64,000 bases of DNA, taken from Marsupella aquatica (lineage: Eukaryota; Plantae; Marchantiophyta). Below the pieces are notes generated by a model, which was not told the origin of the DNA, searched no databases, and saw only the letters and a program-made list of their open reading frames with translations. The position numbers and the translations under genes are program-made. The DNA lies in the NCBI GenBank assembly GCA_973895155.1, contig OZ316893.1:12974359-13038358 (forward strand), given 5' to 3'. Shown here piece after piece: positions 54,617 to 64,000 of this stretch (position 1 is the stretch's first letter; each line of letters begins with the position of its first letter).

Positions 54617-56102
54617 CCTTACTACTTACAATTAGGTAACACTTTTCTGCAAAAAAAACAATACCCTCATTCTTAGATCCTACCCAACAAAACATCCCAC
54701 AAAACATTTTAAACATATTTAAGGGCCAGGTCAGATCAAAGAGCACTGCCATGTTCATTGCCAGCAAATAACAAGAACTAGAACAAAACAAATAGCGTTG
54801 GGGATGACACTATGCTAAACTGTAAAGTAAGTGGGAAACGGGGTGGGAAAGTAAGCAAGACCCACAAAAAATTGTATTTGCAACCCAATTCAATCTTCAA
54901 TGGCAATACTTATGGGCCCAACAAGCTAGATAATATCATAGAGGGAATTGATACTTTTTATCTAATAAATGACAATATGACAAGGCCCCAGTCAAGGCCC
55001 CAGTCAGGGCTGTGAATGTAAATTTCCTGCATCTGGAATTAATATGGAGAAGCAAGCTGGAGACGCCTTACTATAAAAATAATGCAATTTTTTCATTTTA
55101 CTATGAATAGGCTGTCATGTTGCAATATAGCATGGGAGAAGAGAGCGGGAACATGAGGAGTAATACACATCATCAAAGCAGGCACAAGAGTGAAGAGTAC
55201 CATCATAAAACCCAGGTTGCATCCAACCTGTGCGTACTCATCACATTGCTTTGCCGTGGAAAGCACTGACCAAGTTCACACATTCATGTGTTGTGCAGTT
55301 TCAAACTCCTGCGTGTAGAGAGCCAGACTGAGCAAGCACCTGAGTACATCAACTAGTGGGGCGCGCATGCAACAATTCAAACTACCGGACAGGATGCAGA
55401 GCCGCGCCAAGAGCAAGTAGGAACTTGACGCAATAGTTTGCACGCATAGAGTAAGGCCCTTGAGTAAGCACCTTCAAGAACGCTCTGTCTCACTTCCCAC
55501 ATTAGCATCGCTGATAGGAAAATGGGAAGGTAGGAAATCTGCTTGAAGAAGCACTTTGCTCACATCTCTTCCGTTACATCGCTGAAATGTATAGATTTGG
55601 GAGCCTTTATTGATTTTGCCTCTACCTACTTTGGCAATTTCTAGTCCAGCCTACTACATCAATCGTCACCAACACCGGACCTGTACTGCCTACCGACATT
55701 GGACTTGTCCCCGCCACCAACATCGGCCTTGGTGACCCATGACTGTGGACCAACCCGGGGACCAATCCTGCATCCCATTTTTGGACCTCCTCAGTCCTCA
55801 CCAAACCTTCATGGCTGTTTTCACCGACTTGTAGACTTTTAGTTTGACAATTTCTTGACTGTTCTTCACCGACTAGTGTGGGTGCTGGTTGTTGGCAACT
55901 ACAAGTTACTGCGCTCTCTGTCGTTTCCTCATCGTTCATCATGATGATCTTATTCCCAATCTATTATGTTGGCGGAGGAAATAGTCTTGCTCTCATTTAC
56001 TCATAGTTTTTCACACTAGATCTTATTTTTGATCTTATGCAGCTGGCGGAGGGAATAGTCTTGGGGCCAGATGTCTTTGATTAGAGGACAAAAGGATCGT
56101 CG

Positions 56103-56501
56103 TTGTTTTTTATTCTTTGCACCATTCGTGGTCTTTGCACAATTGGTTGTCAGCCGCCTGGTCAGCCGATCAATAAGGACGGCACACCAAATGGAAATGG
56201 ACTCATCCTGGCCAACGCTACATGGCAATTTGATGACTTCAATTTTGACAATGATAGGAATGTGTATTTGGTCAATGCTGCAAGTGGCAACTTGATACTG
56301 AGGGTCTCGCCCGACGAAAGTCATCAGCAAATCATTGCCGGAGACATGAACTCAACCCTGATTGCGCAACCAACTTCTGTCACATTTTGGAGGGGGCCAT
56401 GTGACCAAAACACTCTGTACGTGACTTCTGCAGGAGGGTTGCTTGCATCGATTAATGGATCCATCATCGATGGCGGTCAGGTTATGGCAATGAGAGAATG
56501 A
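56103..56501 (+). pseudogene. Captured C-terminal fragment of an SMP-30/gluconolactonase-like beta-propeller, fungal type
   Basis: PINKDGTP..G...FDDFNFD...IIAGDMNSTLIAQPTSVTFWRG..D..TLYVTSAGG...INGS...GGQVMA matches the C-terminus of secreted ascomycete propeller proteins as I recall them. Confidence 0.6.
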
Positions 56502-56503
56502 TG

Positions 56504-57116
56504 TCAGTCATGTTCCGCACCAGATCTGTGTTTTTGCTTTAGCTCTCGTAGTAGCATCCCCAATGGGGATCTCGACAGACTGCAACACAGGGGGCAAAGA
56601 CGAAAGGAATGGCAATGGCCCGGACTTCTAGAGCCGTTGCTCTGCCAATTCTCATCACCAGGTCCCAATCTCTCGTGGCTCCGAGGCCAATATTGTGAGG
56701 CCAATATTGTGAGGAAAGATTGTGGCCCCAACTACAACGTTATTACCGTGAACCGCATCTACTCCGTAGATCATGGGAATTGCCAGCCGAGTAGACAATG
56801 CTTGCCTCTGGAACCTGTCGATCATTTCTTGCCACAAAATGGCATTGTTCGGAGTGGGCGTGCTTCCTCCCCCATTGAGCACACTACTGACCATGTATCG
56901 GTACACATTCGAATCTTTCATGACGATTGTTCGTTTGATCTGCATCATCTGCCCAATCTTTTCAGCCACCGTCATCCATTTCAAGAGATCCTGCACCCTC
57001 GCCTCCACGGGTTGGCTTCCATCCTTGTATAGATTGTAAGCCACCGTAGCATTGAGAATATGAAAACATAGGAGTATAACACAAAGTGCTCGTCTCGCTG
57101 CTGTGGTCCCACCCAT
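56504..57116 (-). pseudogene. Captured N-terminal fragment of a plant GH3 beta-glucosidase/exo-glucanase
   Basis: Signal peptide, [59 protein letters not shown] 14-bp tandem duplication shifts the frame, which resumes GATRD...ATALEVRA...[11 protein letters not shown]. Confidence 0.9.
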
Positions 57117-58754
57117 GGCGATTCAGTGGTCCCTGGCAGCTTCATGTTCTTTCTTTACTAGTTCTCTCGATTGTTTGCCTCACTCATCACATGGGAAGTA
57201 CGAGAGGTTTCAACACCAAGGAGCACCAACATTGTACGATCTAGACAATCTAGGAGGTTGGTTTTCTCATTGAGTTCCTTCTCCTAAAGTTCCAACAGTC
57301 CGAAATAGTGTCGAATAGACGATCATTTATGAACAGTATTGATTGACCAAATCACACTCTATTAATTGAGGAGACGCAAGAGATTAGAAGCATAGTTCTA
57401 GGTGTGGTTTTCCTTATCCGAGAAGCGGCTATCCAGCCATGTCTTTGCATTTATTAGCTTAGCTTTTGTCTTTGTATGGATCGACGACATAGTATGGCTG
57501 CGACAAAGTCACCACTCTGAAATAATATCAATTGGATTGTGCTATCACTGATTGGCATAGTTAACGTTGGTCTATGCCAAATTTGTCTACCACACGCATA
57601 GACAACGTCGATTGCTGATGACCAAGGTAGGCTACCAAATTGGCACTCACGTCCATGCCATTTTTGTCACCTTGTAGACCAGAAATCCCAGGCCATAAAG
57701 AGACACACCGTCACGGTAGTGTAACAATTTCTCCCGGTACTTAAATTCAAATCTTGGGCAGATTGCACCGATTTGCAATCTGTGAGTCATTTGCAATGAG
57801 AAAAAGAGGTACGTGGAAATAGTGACGACTTCTGGTCCGGATGTAATAGCCTCTGTGAATGATCTAGCTATCTATCTATCCACTAGTATATAATTGCTTG
57901 AGCTGCAATAGTCTGGGACTGTTGCCTCATTGATGGGTCACGATTTGCTTCTGACCTTTGTTTGTGTTTTTATTCTAAGCAGACACTACGTTTTTTTAAC
58001 ACACTATCCATTCTGGTTGTCAACTACTGCCGCCTCTTTATTGGTGAATCTGCTCCATGCATGTAAGTTACCGGTATTTTGTACACAAATTCAGAATGAT
58101 AATGAGCTATTAGTGCTCATTGTAAATTTGACGTTAATGTGTATTCTCGTTGCTTATTTTGTATTCCTATTTGCCTGAATGACAACACGCACCAGATGGC
58201 TTGATCCTTGAATTGCTAGTCGTGTCTGAGTTGAGAGACCATCTTGGCATCTATCGGCAATTGGAGGATCCCTTTTTGTAAGGAAATCTTTGCATTTGGC
58301 ACACAAAGCTGCTTGAATGCAAAGAAGTGTGAACAGCAAAGCCTTCAAACTAAGCAATTTAGTTCTAAGCCTTCGATGAATTTTCTTGAATTTCCCTCTA
58401 CTTATCAATGAGGAGAACGTGCTGAAGGGATGTGTGTGTTTTTCAGAGAGGCAACCACCTCACTGCAGTCGGAGTGTTGGATTACATTGGCTACCTTGTG
58501 AAGGGACATGTTTGTCCACAAGTACGTACATCTATGCCCAATTTACATAGCATATAACTTGATGTTGATCCTGTTTCTGGAAGGTATTTTACGCCTTACA
58601 TTACAAAAGCGCAACGATTGAGAGTTGCCTTGTTAGTATTGTGTGTTAGTACACGGTAATGACACCGTCTCTTCTGTTTCACATTTAAATTGATAAAGAC
58701 TTGTTAGAGTGCAGCATATACCAGAGTTATTGAGGATTGATTACGGTGGGACAG

Positions 58755-58859
58755 ATTGACTTGACAAAAGGGGGCCCTGGAACCTACCGCCTGCATCTCA
58801 ATGGATCAGAGGTTGAAGCCAAACTTCAAAGTATTCGTGATGGTGGACTCCTTGTGTAG
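58755..58859 (+). pseudogene. Captured single exon of eukaryotic acetyl-CoA carboxylase
   Basis: AG|IDLTKGGPGTYRLHLNGSEVEAKLQSIRDGGLLV*|GT corresponds to the plant ACC1 segment just before the biotin-carrier domain. The last codon is TAG, probably from CAG. Confidence 0.8.
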
Positions 58860-61702
58860 GTATATTGTTTTATCCACTCCTTGTGTAAGCATTGGACTAC
58901 CATACTACGTCAGAGCTTCCAACTTAGTGTCGTGCTAGCTTTACCAGCATAATTAGTTCTGGAATTTGGGCCTACTACTGTAAAATTTCAGAGTCTAACA
59001 AGTGCTGCACTTCATTATATTGCAGCTGGATGAGAATAATTTTGGCCCTTAAGAGACCTCGTGCAGAGAGTTTCTCCTGAGACGGATGACAAAGGGTGAT
59101 CGAAATCAAGGATATACATTCCTCTATGGATAAGTATATCTTTAGCCCATATTCCCTACTTTGTAAGCTAGTACATATCTTCACTTACGTCTTCCTGTTT
59201 TAGGCTACAATATTCCTGTTATTTCCTCTTAGTCTACCGTGCTCAGACGTCACTTGATGAGTGCAGTATAGCAGTCCTGATAGCAGTACACAATTCTAGA
59301 TCATAAGGGATTTGTGGCCGTTCTTGAAAACAGAATGGAAAAGGGCACATTAGTAAGGCATTGCTTGTTTGTTAAATTGCATAAGCACAAATCCGGTTGT
59401 CCAATTTCTGATTGATACTTTGGACAATATGCAATTTGACGACAAGGATCTAGAATGATTAAAATAGTGATTGATGTGGCAACGATCTAGAATGATTGAA
59501 ATAGCAACTGATGTGGTAGCTATGCCGGCAGAAAGAAATTTAGCAGGTGCTGAGGATTTTGTTCTGGTATGGCTTGTGCGCAGGTGCCCGCCAAGTGGAT
59601 TTTGTGTGAGCTCACTATTCGGCTTCCAGGTCCTTGTGGGATGAATTACTTCAAGTTTAAAAGGTCAGATAAATAAGACAAGCTCATCGCTGGACAGCGT
59701 CGAAGTAGATGAAAAGCATGTCTATCATGTTCAAATGTAGTTGGAGTTGGACTCACATTCTTGGATCAGGACTGTTGCTGACTTTTTCAGTTTGTTGTTT
59801 TATGGTAGGGCTCATGACTTACCTCAGTGATGCAACCGGACCTACAAGACACTTGCTAGTGAGGACAAATTTCACACAAGAATCAAGGTCTAATAGCGAT
59901 TCAAATCTGTTAGGCTGTATTTCCTAATTGTTTAATTCAAAGATGCCCTAGCTACAGGTGTCCAGGCTAGGCTCTGACATTGACTAGTATCTCTTAGACT
60001 GGCACTTTTTGGTTTATTATGATTGTCAAGATTGGCCCTCTTTTCACTGTATTCATTCACATCATTCATACGGGCACTTTCTATTTGTTCATTGTGCTCT
60101 TTTCACTGTACTCACAATGATGCTGCTTTTTTGACAGATTTACTTGTCATTTTCTATATTCCAATAGGGACTGGAGCACTGTTTATGTTGTCCATATATG
60201 GGTCACATTCAAGTCCTCAGAGTGACCTATGGTACCAGCAGTAAATAGACCTAAAAGTTAACATTTTAAGAGTCTGGATGTTTACATCGCGGTGCTCTCT
60301 CGTTCTCGCTCTTGTTGGACCATTAATGTTGCTTGCAAGTTTCCATGTAAGCTTGAGATCCAAATCTTCTTGATCTCCATGCAAACTACTATTCACCTGG
60401 TTGATATTGTTGGACTACCAGGTATTTCTGCTTTCCACATTTGACAGCGTGGGCAAAGGGTGGTGTAAAAGGCAGTTGGTGTAGTTTAAGCTACTTTGCA
60501 ATCTTAGCCAAGATCTTAGCATCTTTGTCAAATTCTCATAGGCTAAATTTAGGTTTTAGCTAAGTTCTAGTGCAATTTTGGGGAAGTCGAGGGTCAGTAC
60601 AAGGTTAAATTAAAAAGGTGGAGTATGTTTAAGAGGCAAAGCCATGGACAAATTAAGGACACTATAATTTCTATATAATATATATAACATTATCAAAAAC
60701 ATTTTAAAATCTTCAGAAAAATCCCCCAAAGCTGGTTAGTTTGGCGGTACACCTGTAATAAAAAAAAGCAGTGGGGGGCAAACATACAAAGCAAGACTTT
60801 CTATTAGTGTATCCATTCCTTCACTACTACACCACAGCCCGCATCAAAGTTATTGATTCCTCTAAGTTTGATCAGTTCAGCTGAGTGGCATACTTCATCG
60901 ATCTTGTAGTCACTACTACACCACAGCCCGCATCAAAGTTTGAGTGCAAAAAGGAATGCACAGTAATGAGGAATGACAGTTATGGTGGCTCTGAAATCAA
61001 CACGGTCAACACTGCAACGGGCACCACAAGCGGGACAGTGTAACTAGCATGACCAAGGTGAGGAAGCGCAAGGGTGATCCAATGAATGAGCCCTAGCAAG
61101 ACCAACCTGCTTACTACGCACACCTGCCTGATTTGAGAGAGAAAAAGTCTTGACCTTCTAAATGGGATCAATCCGGGGTTCACACCTTGGCCGACCCTAA
61201 AATCCTGAACCTCAACCAGGGCCTTAACCAAGCCGGGAACCAAACTCTCCCTAGAGGTCCCTGGTCCAGCATGTGGATGACTTTTAATTGCCCTCCCCCT
61301 GCCCCTAGCCTTCCCCCAAATCCATTCAAAACATGTTATGGGTGTGTTATGGAACTAGAAACTCCCTTCAAATTAAATTTTAATCAAGGATATCTGGGAT
61401 AGTGAATAACATTGAATTTATTAACCATTTTACTATTTGTACTTGTGTACCAATGAGGTGTTGACATGTGGACCAACCATATAGTGACACTTGTCATTCC
61501 AATTTTGAGTACCCTTGCATAACAAAATGTGGCATATGTTTAATAAAAGGCTTATTTCTTAGAATGTGCAACACATATATATTGGGACCTTGACTACTTC
61601 AAAAAATATTATAAAAATTACTTTCCATTCAATTAAAAATACCCTTGCGAAGTTCGCACATACTCCTTGTATTACTAATACTGAGGGCCCAGGGCCGTAG
61701 AG

Positions 61703-64000
61703 GAGGCAGACCATTTACCAAAAATCAATTTGCTACTTCCAGAAATCTTATGGAGCAAGGGCGGATCCAGCCGGAATGTCCACTTCTCGCGTTTCTAAGG
61801 GGCATTCAACCTCAACATCACCTGCACCTACTCCGATTAAAGCCCATGTGAGACGATCAAAGAGAAAGGAGGTCCCCATTGCCATGAAAATTCTGAGGCC
61901 AGCTATTCCGGATAGTGAAGCTGAGAAGGTCAAACTGAGGGAGTCTTTGCTCAGGATGGACTGTGAGTCTCTGATGGAGCTACCCTGGAGTTATCAAAGC
62001 GAAGATATGATCAGAGAGATCCGATCCAAGGAGTGTCCGATTGAGTTTAAGGATACCTCCAGAGGCCGACCTGAGCGATGGACTTAGATGATGGTTGCAA
62101 GAGCTTTTGTATTGGAAGATGAAGAAGAAGGTCCAGTGGGGAGAGTTGTCAACCTAATCCTTCCTTACTTCAAAGGAGCCATCAACAGTAAGGACGGGTT
62201 CAATATTTTTAAGTGTTTGGATCCTGATCTGAGACAAGTCTTCAGCTTTCTGCTACCCCTGCTGTACCCTGAGAAGCCAAGAAGAGTTACTGTTGGAGTT
62301 GGCTCTACCATTGTTGCTGCTTACAAGGGAGAAAGAAAAGTCAACTAGGCTAAGCTTACCTTTGATTTAATAAGGAAGTTGGTACAGAACCTGTCCAACA
62401 AGAGTCCTACTCCCCTCTCCTGCTACCTGGCACATCTATATAGCTTTGAAGGAGTCTTGTTTAGAGAGGAGAAGAAAATACCAATTGGCCAAGTTCAACT
62501 TCATAAAGTATGGAGAGACAGATCCAGATATCACCCAGGCCACCTCTGATGACAGTGAGGATGAGGAACCAGCAGAGACAAATCCTCGAAAGACCCGGTC
62601 TGCTGCCCGGAACCTCGACCCGGACTTTGCCGACCCGGCCTTCGTCAACCCGGCTGAATTTCCGGATGCACCCGGCCATGCCTCCCTAGACACCCTAGCT
62701 GATTTCCAGATCATCTCAGACACATTCCAGAAGGTGAAGAGGAAGACCACTGTGATGGAGAAGGCCATCACTGACATTTCTCAGAAGTTAGGAGTGAAAC
62801 CAGGGCAGATTCTTGAAAAGATCTCCACCATGAGTGATGCCACAGATAAGAGGAAGTTGGAGAAGGAGAATGAGTTCCTCAAGAAGAAGGTATCTGAACT
62901 CAAACAGCAGTTGGAAAGGAGTAAGAAGAAGAATGAGCTTGAGCATACTCTCCAACTCAGTATCACTCAATCTTTGGATCTGATTGAGCCTTTGACTAAG
63001 ATAGCTTCTCCGAATCTTTTTAAGGCCCAAATTTATGATGAGTATTTGGCCAAGAACACCACACCCATCCTTTTCTCCAAGATTAACCATTTAGTGGTAG
63101 ATATGAGTACCAAGGTGGATGATGCACTTACGGGCCTCTCAAAGACCTGTGAAGCCTTAAGGGAGATGAGTGACTTGACTACAAAAGAGCTATTAGCTGA
63201 TACTGAGATTCTTGCCTTTACTACCAGATCTTTCTCTCCTAGTCCTCATGAAGGAGTCTATTCCACTGGCCCCTCATCACCCCTCAACCCTCCTGGTTTC
63301 CCCACTCCCAGTACACACTTCCACTCCCATTCTTACACTTATTCTCATGACCCAAGTGCCCATCAGGAGAACATGGATATTGACCCGTCCATCCCTTTTA
63401 CCACTGGCCAACAGGGAGTTTTCCTTCGACCAGAACCCCTTGCCATAGCTAACCCTGAGGAGGTTCCTTCCCAAATGCTAGGACCAGAATAGAGTTATAT
63501 TTAGAGAGTTAGAGCCATATTAGTTTAGACCTAGAAATAGCTATATAGATTAGTATATGAGTAAGTAGACTCCAATATTTTGTTAGTGTATCCATTGGAG
63601 ACTCTACTCCATTTTTGACTAGGATAGTTCACTTTTATTTACATATTTCTTTAGACTTGGGTTTTGAAAAGGCATATCTTTTCATAATCTCCACTTTTAG
63701 TACAAAAGGAGGAGAACCCAAAGTCAACCTTGGGAGAGAGAGATGCATTTGATTTCCCCATTTTGATTTTGGAGAAATCTATGTCTTTTCTTCCCTTCTT
63801 TTTACCATGGTTAAGTAAAGAGAAGTTTCAAGATTAGCAACCCTTTGAGTTGTTGTGCAATATTCAATGAATACTAGCGTGTGCCTATGATGATATTGGA
63901 AGATCAGCAAGGTCTATGACCAATTCATATAGAAGATTCACCAAAGAAAAATTGAAATTTACGTGAAACTCAAATAAGCAATCTTAAGGATAGTAGGGAT
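61703..64000 (+). repeat. 3' LTR, right segment (runs off the window)
   Basis: Colinear with 22562-23825 plus 26995-28027. Confidence 0.93.
61776..63492 (+). pseudogene. LTR-internal accessory ORF, copy 2 (~570-aa consensus)
   Basis: ORFs 61776-62087, 62088-62348 and 62446-63492; two TAG stops and one frameshift. Confidence 0.75.

Larger units (their letters stand above)
42773..61694 (-). mobile_element. Giant (18.9 kb) TIR DNA transposon with P-element-like transposase and cargo
   Basis: TIR CCTTGGGCCCTCA / TGAGGGCCCAGGG (13 bp, 1 mismatch); TSD CCGTAGAG at 42765-42772 and 61695-61702; the empty site is present in the 5' LTR (22554-22561). Confidence 0.93.
21740..64000 (+). mobile_element. 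Ty3/gypsy non-chromovirus (Athila-like) LTR retrotransposon with three nested insertions; 3' end beyond the window
   Basis: Order is LTR (TG at 21740), PBS, extra ORF, gag, PR, RT, RH, INT, PPT, LTR (TG at 41951). Near-identical direct repeats; no chromodomain. Confidence 0.9.

Noticed and set aside
60822-60940. CACTA termini (cactactacaccacagcccgcatcaaagtt twice)
   Set aside because: The copies are direct repeats, and I found no inverted partner or TSD.
42772-61695. Polinton/Maverick reading (6-bp TSD CGTAGA, 14-bp TIR)
   Set aside because: The junction formally allows a 6-bp TSD, but there is no protein-primed polymerase, capsid, ATPase, retroviral integrase or long TIR. The 8-bp reading fits the P-like transposase.
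61776-63492. Retroviral env gene
   Set aside because: No signal peptide or clear transmembrane anchor; the protein looks soluble with a coiled coil.

Overview
Eukaryotic nuclear DNA from a land plant, most likely a bryophyte such as a liverwort. This is inferred from spliceosomal introns, a mitochondrial rps2 fragment that resembles the Marchantia protein as I recall it, and bryophyte-type retroelement ORFs. The first ~8 kb holds two convergent host genes: proteasome alpha-5 (+, spliced, 5'-partial) and a single-intron ISE2-like plastid DEVH helicase (-). Everything else is nested mobile DNA: a MITE with an 8-bp TSD, a NUMT, solo LTRs, a CACTA relic, and a non-chromoviral Ty3/gypsy (Athila-like) element from 21740 to beyond 64000 whose ~3.6-kb LTRs each contain a long ORF. 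That retroelement took three later insertions: a 3.2-kb solo LTR in the 5' LTR, a 5.8-kb CACTA element in gag, and an 18.9-kb TIR DNA transposon (42773-61694, TSD CCGTAGAG) in the 3' LTR. The giant transposon is the highlight. It encodes a decayed P-element-like DDE transposase, an open 501-codon ORF ending in a TET/JBP-like 2OG-Fe(II) dioxygenase domain, and captured gene fragments (fungal-type beta-propeller, GH3 glucosidase, an acetyl-CoA carboxylase exon). All family assignments come from motif recognition by eye; no database search was run.
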